From an uncultured Chloroflexia bacterium (GTDB taxonomy: Bacteria; Chloroflexota; Anaerolineae; JAAYZQ01), in the NCBI GenBank assembly GCA_963783445.1, contig CAWANP010000020.1:651973-715972 (forward strand): a stretch of DNA of 64,000 nucleotides, in the 5' to 3' direction. Every line of letters begins with the position of its first letter. Position 1 is the stretch's first letter. The translations under genes and the position numbers were made by a program. Positions 1 to 10,852 of the stretch are shown piece by piece. A model generated the notes under the pieces. It did no database searches, was not told where the DNA came from, and saw nothing but the letters and a program-made list of their open reading frames with translations.

Positions 1-1059
1 GTCGCGGGCAATCCCATCGCCACTGATCTGGCGACGCTGCCTCACTTGCTCATCGCCGGCGCCACCGGTTCGGGCAAGAGCGTGTGTGTGAACTCGATCA
101 TTGCTTCGTTGCTCTGTACCCGAACCCCTGATGATGTCCAGTTCATCATGGTTGATCCCAAGATGGTCGAGCTAACGACCTACAACGGCATTCCCCACCT
201 GCGAGCGCCGGTGGTCATCGAGCTGGAGCGGGTAGTCGGAGTGCTGAACTGGGCCACGCGCGAGATGGACGATCGGTACAAGCAGTTCAACCAGGCGAGA
301 GCCAGGAACATTGATGTCTATAACCAACAACTGCTCGCCAAGGGCAAGAAGCCGTTGCCCTATATCGTGGTGGTCATCGACGAACTGGCCGATCTGATGA
401 TGGTCGCGCCCGATGAGGTAGAACGGGCCATCTGTCGCCTCGCCCAGATGGCACGGGCCACGGGCATCCACCTGGTCATCGCTACCCAACGGCCCAGTGT
501 GGATGTCGTCACCGGACTCATCAAGGCCAACTTTCCGGCGCGCATCAGTTTTGCCGTGACCAGCCAGGTCGATTCGCGTGTGATCATTGATAGCACCGGG
601 GCGGACAAGCTGCTCGGCCGGGGCGATATGCTGTTCATGGCCCCCGATTCCAGCAAGTTGGTTCGCCTCCAGGGTTGTTATGTATCGGACAAGGAATTGG
701 CGGCGTTGGTGCGTTACTGGAAGGGAGTGCGCCTGGCTCAGGAGCCGGTCCAGCCCGAAGAGGTGGTCCAACGTCAGATGTGGCAGGAGATAGAAGACTC
801 CGAAGCGCAGGCCGCGCAGCAGGATGAGTTGTTGCCCAGGGCGATCACCATCGTTCAGGAGCACCAACGCGCCTCGATCTCGATGCTCCAACGTCAGTTG
901 CGCATCGGTTATTCGCGAGCTGCCAGGCTTATCGAAACGATGGAAAAACAGGGCATCATTGGTCCAGCCCCTGGAGGTAGTGGCACCCGCGAGGTGATCC
1001 AGACCAGTCCGGCACAGCAGCCCAGTGAGCAGCCAGCAGGCGGTCTCCCGCCACTGTAA
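1..1059 (+). CDS. ftsK: DNA translocase FtsK/SpoIIIE, C-terminal motor and gamma domain (5'-partial)
   Basis: The reading frame is open from base 1. It contains Walker A LIAGATGSGKS, the HLVIATQRPSVDV motif and a C-terminal winged-helix gamma domain (ISMLQRQLRIGYSRAARLIE). Confidence 0.85.
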   Translation, partial: VAGNPIATDLATLPHLLIAGATGSGKSVCVNSIIASLLCTRTPDDVQFIMVDPKMVELTTYNGIPHLRAPVVIELERVVGVLNWATREMDDRYKQFNQARARNIDVYNQQLLAKGKKPLPYIVVVIDELADLMMVAPDEVERAICRLAQMARATGIHLVIATQRPSVDVVTGLIKANFPARISFAVTSQVDSRVIIDSTGADKLLGRGDMLFMAPDSSKLVRLQGCYVSDKELAALVRYWKGVRLAQEPVQPEEVVQRQMWQEIEDSEAQAAQQDELLPRAITIVQEHQRASISMLQRQLRIGYSRAARLIETMEKQGIIGPAPGGSGTREVIQTSPAQQPSEQPAGGLPPL

Positions 1060-1194
1060 TGCGTTCGCAGTTACGCGGGACAGGATTGAGGTCTCGCCTC
1101 TTGCTGGGGAGGGATACTCAGCCTACAAAGCATCGGCCCCCTGGGCTCCCTCCATTAAGAAAGTCGTTGCCAGTTTCACCAGCATGTAAAAGGC

Positions 1195-1223
1195 TTGCCT
1201 GTCCAGGAAAGATGGGGTATAAT
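1195..1223 (+). promoter_or_regulatory. Candidate sigma70 promoter TTGCCT-17-TATAAT upstream of the BMP operon
   Basis: -35 TTGCCT at 1195-1200, 17-nt spacer, -10 TATAAT at 1218-1223. A ~135-nt leader and an AAAGGAGGAAG RBS precede the ATG at 1358. Confidence 0.45.
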
Positions 1224-1357
1224 ATTACCTGGTGGGCTGGGATTCATCCAGGCCCGAACGAGACAAGGAGGTGGCCCATCGACCAGACTTTCCTCGTGTC
1301 TACAATCAGTTGTTCATTTCCAAAAGAGCATTACGCAGTTCCAACCAAAGGAGGAAG

Positions 1358-2499
1358 ATGATGAAGAAGTGGATGTTTGCTACCATGGTAGCGCTGCTGG
1401 TCCTGTCCCTGGCGCTGGCTGGTTGCGGTGCCACACCGGAGCCAGAACCCACCGAGGCGGCGGCGACCGAGGCCCCGGCCCCTGAGCCCACGGAAGCGCC
1501 TGCTGCTGAGCCGGAGGAAGGCGGCCTGAAGGTCGGCATGGTATCGGACGTGGGTGGCATCGACGATGCCAGCTTTAACGAGAACACCTGGGCGGGCTTG
1601 GAGAGGGCCCGAGGAGGAGTTGGGTGTGCAGGCCCAGTTCATCGAGAGCCAGGCCCAGGCGGACTATGAGAAGAACATCACCGAGTTTGCCGAGCAGGGC
1701 TATGACCTGATCATCACCGTCGGCTTCCTGCTGGGCGACGCGACGGCCAAGATGGCAGAGGTGTATCCCGACATCAAGTTGGCCATCATCGACTTTGCCT
1801 ACGACCCGCCCATCCCGAACGTGGCGGGCATCGTCTTTAACGTGGACGAGGCAGCCTTCCCCATCGGCTACCTGGCAGCAGGCTGGGCGGCGCAGCAGGA
1901 TCCGGACGACCCGCAGGTCGGCTGGGTCGGCGGCATGCAGATTCCGCCGGTGGAGCAGTTCATCGTGGCCTACGAGGCCGGGGTGGACTACTACAACCAG
2001 GAAAAGGGCACGGACGTGCAGGTCAAGGGCGTCTACGTCGGCGACTTTGAGGCGCCGGACGAGGGCAAGATCCAGGGCAACTCGCTGATCGACGAGGGCG
2101 TGGACGTCATCTTTGGCGTCGGCGGCAAGACCGGCAACGGTGGTATCGCCGCGGCCAAGGAGCGAGGCAAGTGGGGCATCGGCGTGGACGTGGACCAGTA
2201 CTTCACCCTGCCCAACGAGAAGGACATCCTGATCACCTCGTGCATGAAGCGGCTGGACAATGCCGTGTTCACGGTGACTGAAGCCAATGACCAATGGCGA
2301 GTTCCCCGGTGGCGGGCTGTACATCGGCACGCTGGAAAACGGCGGCGTGGGCCTGGCGCCCTTCCACGACTTTGAGGACGAGATCCCCGCCGAGCTTGAC
2401 GGCCGAAGTCGACGCGATCATGGAAGGCATCATCGCCGGCAAGATCTGGACCGGTTGGGGTGAGCCGCCAGAGGGCAGAGCCAGAGGCATGCCTGGTGA
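1358..2499 (+). CDS. BMP family (PnrA/Med-like) ABC transporter substrate-binding lipoprotein, domain copy 1 (frameshifted)
   Basis: Lipoprotein signal MMKKWMFATMVALLVLSLALAGCG and a Pro/Glu/Ala-rich linker. BMP motifs GMVSDVGGIDDASFNE, IITVGFLLGD and GVDVDQY. At least 3 single-base frameshifts (~1600, ~2290, ~2395). The C-terminus runs directly into copy 2 with no stop. Confidence 0.7.
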
Positions 2500-3451
2500 A
2501 GGCCTCAAGGTCGGCATGGTATCGGACGTGGGTGGCATCGACGATGCCAGCTTTAACGAGAACACCTGGGCACGGGCTGGAGAGGGCCGAGGAGGAGCTG
2601 GGTGTGCAGGCCCAGTTCATCGAGAGCCAGGCCCAGGCGGACTATGAGAAGAACATCACCGAGTTCGCCGAGCAGGGCTATGACCTGATCATCACCGTCG
2701 GCTTCCTGCTGGGCGACGCGACGGCCAAGATGGCCGAGGTGTACCCCGACACCAAGTTGGCCATCATCGACTTTGCCTACGACCCGCCCATCCCCAACGT
2801 GGCGGGCATCGTCTTTAACGTCGACGAGGCGTCCTTCCCCATCGGCTACCTGGCCGCAGGCTGGGCGGCGCATGCAGGATCCCGACGACCCGCAGGTAGG
2901 CTGGGTCGGCGGCATGCAGATTCCGCCGGTGGAGCAGTTCATCGTCGCCTACGAGGCCGGTGTGGACTACTACAACCAGGAAAAGGGCACGGACGTGCAG
3001 GTCAAGGGCGTCTACGTCGGCGACTTTGAGGCGCCGGATGAGGGCAAGATCCAGGGCAACTCGCTGATCGACGAGGGCGTGGACGTCATCTTTGGCGTGG
3101 GCGGCAAGACCGGCAACGGTGGTATCGCCGCGGCCAAGGAGCGGGGCAAGTGGGGCATCGGCGTGGACGTGGACCAGTACTTTACGCTGCCCAACGAGAA
3201 GGACATCCTGATCACCTCGCTGCATGAAGCGGCTGGACAACGCCGTGTTCACGGTGACTGAGGCCATGGTCAAGGGCGAGTTCCCCGGTGGCGGCCTGTA
3301 CATCGGCACGCTGGAGAATGGCGGCGTGGGCCTGGCACCCTACCACGACTTTGAGGGCGAGATTCCCGCCGAGCTGACGGCCGAAGTCGAGGCGATCATC
3401 GAGGGCATCATGGCCGGCGAGCTATCGACCGGCTGGCCACCGTCAGAATAA
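2500..3451 (+). CDS. BMP family substrate-binding domain, copy 2 of a ~984-bp tandem repeat (frameshifted, no own signal peptide)
   Basis: About 97% nucleotide identity to 1516-2499. Begins with EGLKVGMVSDVGGIDD right after the copy-1 C-terminus. Frameshifts at ~2570 and ~3215. Ends ...IMAGELSTGWPPSE with TAA at 3451. Confidence 0.65.
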
Positions 3452-3666
3452 CCGGATAACCTTGATCCTTGCGAGCTTCAGGCGCCCGCTGGCCTGCTTT
3501 CGCAGGAGTCTTCCCAAACAGACCTGAGAACGGTGCAGGACCGCAGGTACGCCAGTGGCCCCAGCACCGTTCGCAGAGGAAGAATGGATTGGCAGGATTT
3601 ACGGATCTCAGGCTGACGCGCCGCGATCCGCCAGTCCTGCCAATCCTTTTGTAGAAGGGAGCGACG

Positions 3667-5601
3667 ATGGTCCCCATTCTGGAGGCACGCAACGTAACCA
3701 AGCGCTTCCCTGGGGTGTTGGCCAACGACCGCGTCAGTTTCTCGCTGAAGCAGGGGAGATCCTGGCCTTCTTGGGCGAGAACGGCGCTGGCAAAAGCACC
3801 TTGATGAACATCCTCTACGGTCTCTATACCCAGGATGAGGGCGAGATCGAGATCCGGGGCGAACCAGTAGAGATCAAAGATCCCAACGATGCAATCGAGC
3901 TGGGCATTGGCATGGTCCACCAGCACTTTCAATTGGTCCCGGTCTTTACCGTGGCCGAGAACATTGTGATGGGCACCGAGCCGACACGGTTCTCCTTCTC
4001 CTGGAAGACGTTGGCGCTGGCGAGCGGGGTAGCGCCCTGCTCTTTTTTGTGGGCAGCATCTTTGCGTTCGACGGCGTTGGCCAGTGGCTCCTGGCCGCCC
4101 TGGCTGGAGCGGGCTGCGGTGGCAGCTCTCTATGGCCTTGCCTGTCCTGCTGGGCCACTCAGCCGGCTTCGGTTCCGCGTCTATTTTCCCATCGTCGCTG
4201 TGGCCAGCTTTGCACTCTTTGTTGGCCTGGCCTTCGCCTTGGACGGACGCCAGTGGATACCGGCGCTCGTCTTCCTGGCCATTCTGTTTGCCGCCGCTTC
4301 CTATCCACCGGTGCGCGAGATCACGACAGCTCTGGACAGGCGCGTGGCAGCGCGGCGCATTCGCGATCTGTCGGAGCAGTATGGTCTGGCCGTAGATCCT
4401 GACGCGCTGGTTGAGGACCTGCCGGTGGGTGTGCAGCAGCGGGTGGAGATCATCAAGACCCTGTACCGCGAGGCCGAGATCCTGATCCTCGACGAGCCAA
4501 CAGCGGTGCTTACCCCTCAGGAGACCGAAGAGCTATTCGAGATCATGCAGGCCTGGTGGACCAGGGCAAGTCGATCATCTTTATCACCCACAAGCTCAAA
4601 GAGGTGCTGACCATCGCCGACCGCGTCATCGTCCTGCGCAATGGCCGGGTGGTGGGCGAGACGACGCCAGCCGAATCCTCGGAAGAGGAACTGGCCGAGA
4701 TGATGGTAGGGCGCGAGGTAACCTCTGATCGTGGACAAGGGACCGGCCTCTCCCGAGGACGTGGTGCTGGAGGTGACCGGGCTGGCGGCGGATGACTCGC
4801 GGGCCAACAGGGTCCTGCGCGGCGTGGACCTGTTTGTGAGGGCCGGCGAGGTGTTGGGGGTGGCTGGCGTGCAGGGCAATGGCCAGACAGAGCTGGTGGA
4901 GGTGCTGACGGGCCTCCGCCCGGCCATTGGCGGTACGGCCCGCATTACTGGGCCAGGACGTGACCAATGCCTCAGCCGCGCACCATCACCGAGCTGGGCG
5001 TGGCCCACATCCCCGAGGACCGCCAGCGAGACGGCTTGGTACTGCCTTTCCCATCTACGACAACCTGATCCTGAGTACCTACTACCAGCCGCCGTTTGCC
5101 GTGGGGCCTCAGATCCAGTTCGACACGGTCTACGACTATGCCGGCAGGGTGTCGAAGGAGTTCGACGTCCGGACGCCCAGCATCACTGTGCCGGCCCAGA
5201 ATCTCTCGGGCGGCAACCAGCAAAAGGTGATCGTGGCCCGCGAGTTCTCCCGGCCCATCAAGCTGCTCATCGCCGCCCAGCCGACGCGGGGCCTGGACGT
5301 TGGCTCCATCGAGTACATCCATCGCCGGCTCATCGAAAAGCGGGACGAGGGGGTCGCCGTGCTGCTGGTCTCTGTCGAGCTGGACGAGATCATGGCCCTG
5401 TCGGACCGGATCGCGGTGATGTACGAGGGCGAGATCGTGGGTACCATGGATGCTGAAGAGGTCACCCGCGAGGAGCTGGGCCTGCTCATGGCTGGCGCCT
5501 CCCTCGACGGCGAACCGCAAAACGGGACGAAAGGGGACATATCCGGCGGGCTCGCCGGGGCAAGACAAGACGCCGTGGAAGGAGGTAGCTCCCTTGACTG
5601 A
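3667..5601 (+). CDS. ABC transporter ATP-binding protein with two NBDs (BMP/nucleoside-type, NupO/YufO-like), frameshifted, with a ~110-aa insertion in NBD1
   Basis: RBS GAAGGGAG then ATG at 3667. NBD1 has Walker A GENGAGKST, Q-loop VHQHF and a signature-like LPVGVQQRVEI. NBD2 has GVQGNGQTELVEVLTGL, LSGGNQQKV and Walker B LLIAAQPTRGLDVGS. At least 4 homopolymer frameshifts (~3760, ~4555, ~4790, ~4960). Confidence 0.8.
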
Positions 5602-7061
5602 ACAACAAACTCCTCCTCGGTGGGGAAGCGACCCACCGGTCGAATCTGGAACGCGGCGAGGGCTTGCTGGCTTACCTCTATGGGTGCGGCTGGCGATTGT
5701 GGCGCTGCTGGCGACCGTCGCTATTCTCCTGAGAAAGTGGCTGATCTTGCTCTTATTACTCGCCCTGGGACTGTGGCCCATCACCTTGTTGATCGGCCTG
5801 ATCCTGCTGGCCATCATATCGATCTGGCATGGCGGCTGGCCCTGGATGAAGCAGTGGCTGGCTACACGGCTGAGGGGTCTGGTCGTTCCGGCGCTATCGG
5901 TGTTCACGGCCTTGCTCATTGGTGGGATCATTCTCATCCTCACCGACCAGGAAGTATACCAGACCATGCAGGCCGAAGGACTCCTGACGGCCATCCAGGT
6001 AGGATTGAGCAACTGGCGGAGGCTTACAAGGCCCTGTACGAGGGCGCACTGGGCAACCCCCGCAGATCCTTGAGGCCCTGGGTGAGACCTTGAGCGGAGA
6101 AGGGCTCAAGCCTCTCCTGCGTGCCCTACGCGGGCCCAGCGACAGCCTGGTCCAATCGGTGCCCTATATCTTTGCCGGCCTGGCTGTGGCCCTGGGCTTT
6201 CGCGCCGGACTCTTTAACATCGGCGCTGAGGGGCAGATTGGTATCGGCTGGATGGTTGCTGTCTTTGTCGGTTATTCTCTCACCGGTCTTCCGGCGGGAC
6301 TCCACCTGCCTCTGGCAATCATCATTGGTGCTGCCGCAGCAGGACTATGGGGCTCCATCGCCGGCTTCCTGAAGGCACGAACTGGGGCTCACGAGGTAAT
6401 TACCACTATCATGCTCAACTATGTGGTGTACCGGCTTAGCGAGTGGCTGCTGTGCGGACCTTTGGAGAATACCCAGGGTACTTGCCGGACCAAAGAGATC
6501 CTATCCAGCGCCTACCTGCCCCGCTTTCTGGACCATCCGGTTACGGTCCACTGGGGTTTTGTCCTGGCCCTCCTGGTAGCGGCGCTCACCGGCTGGTTCC
6601 TCTTTCGAACGGCGTGGGGCTTTGGCTTGCGGACCGTGGGCGCCAATCCCGATGCGGCCCGCTACGCGGGCATGAAGGTGGGCCGGACCTTTGTCATTGC
6701 CATGTTCCTGAGCGGCTGTCTGGCCGGTCTGGCCGGCGTGGTCCAGGGTCTGGGCATTACCCACAACATTGCCCTCGGCTTCCAGGCAGGCTATGGTTTT
6801 GATGCCATCGCCCTGGCACTCTTGGGCAAGAGCCATCCCGCAGGCGTCGTTGGCGCCAGCTTGCTCTTTGGCATGCTGCGCTCTGGGGCGGCCCGCATGC
6901 AGTCTGTCGCCGGGGTTCCGACGGAGATCGTACAGATTATCCAGGCCCTGGTCATCATCTTTATCGCCGCGCCAGAGATCATCCGCATGCTCTACCGTCT
7001 CCGCAAGCCCAGGGAGGAAGAGGTAGAGGAACCGGTCTTCTCGCGTGGATGGGGAGCGTAG
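5594..7061 (+). CDS. ABC transporter permease (BMP-family, YufP-like), frameshifted
   Basis: FRAGLFNIGAEGQIGIGW and multiple TM segments. TTG at 5594 overlaps the ATPase stop; the alternative start ATG 5846 is plausible. Frameshifts at ~6005 and ~6075. Confidence 0.75.
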
Positions 7062-7073
7062 GGGAGGGCAGCC

Positions 7074-8348
7074 ATGACAGTTCAAGCACAAACCATCGAT
7101 GCACCCAAAACGCTTGGCATGAGTCGACGCGACCTGATGGGCATTCTGCTGCTCGTGGCTCTGGGCGCGTTCTTTCTCTTTCTCGGAGGTTACAGCGCCC
7201 AGGCGGGTGATCAATCGGTCTTTACCGACGAGGTGCTGGGCACACTCTTGTCCCTGCCATCCCAGGCCACGCTGTACATGATCGGCGCCTTTTGTTTCTT
7301 TGTGGCCGGGATGCGGCTCTTTCGCAGCCTGGCTTCTCTGTGGGCCGTGGCTGGCTGGTTGGTGGCCCTTGTGGCAGCTTTTGGCTTCCTGGTATGGGTC
7401 ACCAGCGGCACAAGCATGAACCTGCCAGGCATGCTCCAGGCTACCCTGACAGCGGCAACGCCATTGACCCTGGGCGCCATGGCCGGCATTTTTTGCGAGC
7501 GTTCGGGTATCATCAATATTGCCATCGAAGGCATGATGCTCGCCGGCGCTTTTGCCGCTGTGGCTTTTGCCAGCATCTTTGATAGCCTGTGGATGGGCCT
7601 GCTGGCCGCCAGCCTGATCGGCGGGCTTATGGCCGCGCTCCACGCTGTGCTGTCGATCCGGTTCAAGGTGGACCAGATCATCTCTGGCACGGTGATCAAC
7701 ATCCTGGCTGCTGGAGGCACGCGATTCCTGAACCTCCGCATCCTGGAGCCGGCCGGATTGAGTAACCCTGGCTCCTTCAACCTGATTGCCATCCCCGTAC
7801 TGTCAGATATACCGATCATTGGGCCGATCCTGTTCGTCAACCAGCCCACGGTCTATATCATGCTTATCCTGCTGGTGGCGGTCAATTATCTCATCTTTTT
7901 CACCCCCTGGGGCTTGCGCATGCGAGCCTGTGGCGAGCATCCCAGCTCAGCCGACACGGTGGGCGTCCACGTCAATCGCATGCGCTATATCAGCGTCATA
8001 ATCGGCGGGCTGATCGCCGGAATCGGCGGGGCCTACTTTTCGCTGGGCGTGGTGGGGACCTTTGAGGACGGTATGACCCGCGGACAGGGCTTTGTGGCTC
8101 TGGCGGCCATGATCTTTGGCAACTGGAACCCATTTGGCGCTTTCCTGGCCGCCCTGCTCTTTGGATTTGCCAACGCGATGCAGGTCAAGATGCAGATCAT
8201 CAAGCCCCTGCTGCCCTTTATCAACGAATCGATCCCGCCCGAGTTCCTGCAGATGGCGCCCTACATCCTGACCATCATCGTTGTCGCAGGAGTTGTAGGT
8301 CGCTCTAGAGCACCAGCGGCCGAGGGAAAACCGTACGAGAAACAGTGA
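7074..8348 (+). CDS. ABC transporter permease (BMP-family, YufQ-like)
   Basis: Intact 424-aa polytopic membrane protein (GIINIAIEGMMLAGAF), immediately after the first permease. Confidence 0.8.
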   Translation: MTVQAQTIDAPKTLGMSRRDLMGILLLVALGAFFLFLGGYSAQAGDQSVFTDEVLGTLLSLPSQATLYMIGAFCFFVAGMRLFRSLASLWAVAGWLVALVAAFGFLVWVTSGTSMNLPGMLQATLTAATPLTLGAMAGIFCERSGIINIAIEGMMLAGAFAAVAFASIFDSLWMGLLAASLIGGLMAALHAVLSIRFKVDQIISGTVINILAAGGTRFLNLRILEPAGLSNPGSFNLIAIPVLSDIPIIGPILFVNQPTVYIMLILLVAVNYLIFFTPWGLRMRACGEHPSSADTVGVHVNRMRYISVIIGGLIAGIGGAYFSLGVVGTFEDGMTRGQGFVALAAMIFGNWNPFGAFLAALLFGFANAMQVKMQIIKPLLPFINESIPPEFLQMAPYILTIIVVAGVVGRSRAPAAEGKPYEKQ

Positions 8349-9514
8349 TTCAGGTTAAGCGGGGGTTGAGCGAGGAAATCTTGAAAAAGTCCAAGGACTT
8401 GAGAATCTATCTGGAGGAGTGTTACGGGCGGCCCGAGGGCTCGGACGTGAGCCCTTGGCAGCGCGTGGAAACGGCCCTGGCCCATCGCCAGCCGGACCGG
8501 GTTCCCTTTGATTTCTGGGCGGTGCCAGAGGTCTGGGACAAACTACGTACAGGCTTGGGTGCTGACGATGAGGAGATCCTGCGCTTGTTGGGGATCGACT
8601 GCCGCATGGTCACGACGCGCTATGTGGGCGCCAAGGCTCGCGACCTGCCCGACGGTACCTATATCGACGCCTGGGGCACCCACCGCCGCTCAGTGACCAA
8701 CGAGTTTGGTACCTATGACGAGTACGCGGGCCATCCTCTGGCCGAGGCCGAGACCGTTGGCGACGTGCTGGACTGGGACTGGGCCAGTCCCGATGACTGG
8801 GATGTTTCAGGGGTACGGGAGCAGTGCGAGCAGTTGAACGGCGACCTGCGCCACCACCTGCGCTACGAGGTGGGCGGCATCTTTGAGTGGTCGTGGGCGC
8901 TGCGCGGTTTTGAGCGCTTTCTCCTGGACCTGGTGGACAAGCCCGAAGTGGCCTGCGCCATCATGGACCGATTTACCGACGTTTATATCGAAAACACTGT
9001 GCGCGTCATCGAGGCCGCGGGCGGACTGCTGGACATGGTCTATACCTACGATGACGTGGGTATCCAGAACGGCCCCCTCATGTCAATGCGGATGTGGCGC
9101 AAGTACATCCTGCCCCGCCACCAGCGCCTGAATGCGGCCATCCGGGCGGCCAGGTACCCGGTCAAGATCATGTACCATTCCTGCGGGGCAATCTACCCAT
9201 TCATCGCCGCCTTTGTAGACGAGATGGGCATCGATGTTTTGAACCCACTCCAGCCCCGGGCTGCGGGTATGGACATGGTCCGCATCAAGGCCGAGTTTGG
9301 TGACAGGCTGGCCTTCCATGGCGCCATCGATATCCAGCATACCTTGCCCCACGGCACACCGGATGAAGTAGAGGCCGAGGTGCGGGATCGATGCCAGGTG
9401 CTGGGTGTGGGAGGGGGGTACATCTGTACCTCGGCCCACTATCTCCAGGCCGACACGCCGCTGGAGAACATCGTGGCCATGTACACAGCGCCCCGGGAGT
9501 TGGATCCGGCATAA
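8345..9514 (+). CDS. Uroporphyrinogen decarboxylase (URO-D)-like / MtaA-CmuA family protein
   Basis: 389 aa. GTG start overlaps the permease stop by 4 bp. URO-D-like C-terminus HSCGAIYPFIAAFVDEMGIDVLNPLQP. Confidence 0.6.
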   Translation: MIQVKRGLSEEILKKSKDLRIYLEECYGRPEGSDVSPWQRVETALAHRQPDRVPFDFWAVPEVWDKLRTGLGADDEEILRLLGIDCRMVTTRYVGAKARDLPDGTYIDAWGTHRRSVTNEFGTYDEYAGHPLAEAETVGDVLDWDWASPDDWDVSGVREQCEQLNGDLRHHLRYEVGGIFEWSWALRGFERFLLDLVDKPEVACAIMDRFTDVYIENTVRVIEAAGGLLDMVYTYDDVGIQNGPLMSMRMWRKYILPRHQRLNAAIRAARYPVKIMYHSCGAIYPFIAAFVDEMGIDVLNPLQPRAAGMDMVRIKAEFGDRLAFHGAIDIQHTLPHGTPDEVEAEVRDRCQVLGVGGGYICTSAHYLQADTPLENIVAMYTAPRELDPA

Positions 9515-9547
9515 GATCTAGGGCTGCCAACTGAATGTTAGACAAAA

Positions 9548-9580
9548 GAACGGCGCCTGGCTCGCACTGGCGCCGTCTTC
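9548..9580. terminator. Bidirectional rho-independent terminator between convergent genes
   Basis: GC-rich hairpin AACGGCGCC-(11 nt)-GGCGCCGTC with U-rich tracts on both strands (CTTCCTTTG... on +, TTCTTTTGTC on -). Confidence 0.45.
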
Positions 9581-9611
9581 CTTTGATATCTGTTTTGGCA
9601 CGGGAAGTAGG

Positions 9612-10754
9612 TCACTCTGCCGCTGAGATCAGGACAAAAGCAACTTCCCCAGCTGCTACGGTCACTGGTTGGACATAGGACTTTTCCCCGATCTGGGCTT
9701 TGACCAGGTAGTCGCCAGCAGGTACGTAGCCCAAGGCAAAGTTCTCGCCGATCTGATCGTCGACGCCAAGGGGAGTCCCCGGCGCCTTGGGATCCTGGTC
9801 GGCATAGGTCAAGGACTGCCGCCACCACTTGCCAGGCTCGGCAGCGCGGAAGAAGGTCACGGGCGTTTCGGGGACCGGCTGTTCCTGCGCATCGACCACC
9901 AGACCGGCGATGATTCCCTGTCCGTCCTCGGGCTGCAGCCAAAGGACGGGATTGCGGCTGTCCGCATAGTCATTTTCGCCATACCGCACCTCCAGGTGGA
10001 GGTGGCTGCCGATAGCCACGCCGGTCATGCCGACCAGGCCTACGATGTCGCCAGGCTCCAGATGATCGCCCGTTTGGACCAAGACTTCCGATTGGTGCCC
10101 GTAGACCAGATAAACAGGCTGATCTTGATATGTCTGGTCCAGTTCCTGGATCACAAGGTTGCCATAGAAATCAGGTTTGACGCCAACGATGGTCTCCAGG
10201 TCGTTGCCAGCGACTATAACGCGCCCTGCCGCAGCGGCCAGTATCGGCGTACCGGCGGGGTTCATATAGTCCACGCCGTGGTGCCGGTAGTAGCGTCCTT
10301 CTATGGTGGCGCCGTAGGGAAAGTAGGTTCCGGGGTACTGGTCACCCGTACTATCCGGACCGATGGGAGATGATAGCCAGAGGTGAGAAGTGGCTGCCGC
10401 GACGGTTGGTGTGATTGCGGTTGGGGTCAGGGTCGGCGTTTCAGTAGAGGCCGGCGTGAGGGTTGCGGTGGCCGTAGGCTGTTGTGTCGGTATGGCCGTC
10501 GGCGCCGGTGTCATCGTAGGACGCTGCGTTGGTGTGGCCGTTGGCGCCGGACTTGGCGTTGGGCTTGGAGCCACAATGATGGTAGGGGCTGGCGTAAAGG
10601 TCGGTGTTCCCAACACCGGGTGGCTGGAGGAGATGGGGGCGCTGCCTAGGAATAGCATGGCGACGAGCCCCAAGATCAGGATCAGAGCACCCAAGCTCTC
10701 TAATGTCACCGCGCCATTCCCCTGCTGGCGGCCCGCACCTTGCCTCTCTGACAT
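9612..10754 (-). CDS. M23 family metallopeptidase (membrane-anchored, Thr/Pro-rich linker)
   Basis: N-terminal TM, TPTPAP-rich linker and an M23 core (HHGVDY...GDIVGLVGMTGVAIGSHLHLEV). Confidence 0.8.
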   Translation of the reverse strand: MSERQGAGRQQGNGAVTLESLGALILILGLVAMLFLGSAPISSSHPVLGTPTFTPAPTIIVAPSPTPSPAPTATPTQRPTMTPAPTAIPTQQPTATATLTPASTETPTLTPTAITPTVAAATSHLWLSSPIGPDSTGDQYPGTYFPYGATIEGRYYRHHGVDYMNPAGTPILAAAAGRVIVAGNDLETIVGVKPDFYGNLVIQELDQTYQDQPVYLVYGHQSEVLVQTGDHLEPGDIVGLVGMTGVAIGSHLHLEVRYGENDYADSRNPVLWLQPEDGQGIIAGLVVDAQEQPVPETPVTFFRAAEPGKWWRQSLTYADQDPKAPGTPLGVDDQIGENFALGYVPAGDYLVKAQIGEKSYVQPVTVAAGEVAFVLISAAE

Positions 10755-10852
10755 AGTCTATCCAAGCCCCGTTTTCTCAGACAAAGGCCTATAGAGCCAG
10801 CCATTCGGCTCTATAGGCCTCGCTGCGAGACAGGATCAAATCCCAGCGGATG

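Noticed and set aside
1306-3309. Many 90-250-aa ORFs on the minus strand across the BMP repeat (for example 1575-2330, 2033-2620, 2815-3309)
   Set aside because: They run antisense to a clearly homologous BMP coding region in GC-rich DNA. The duplicated peptides simply mirror the tandem repeat.
4972-6012. 346-aa minus-strand ORF
   Set aside because: Antisense to ABC ATPase NBD2 and the permease start. A low-complexity Arg/Pro/Gly-rich product.
6501-7643. 380-aa minus-strand ORF rich in His, Gln and Gly
   Set aside because: Fully antisense to the two conserved ABC permeases. A typical high-GC open frame with no motifs.
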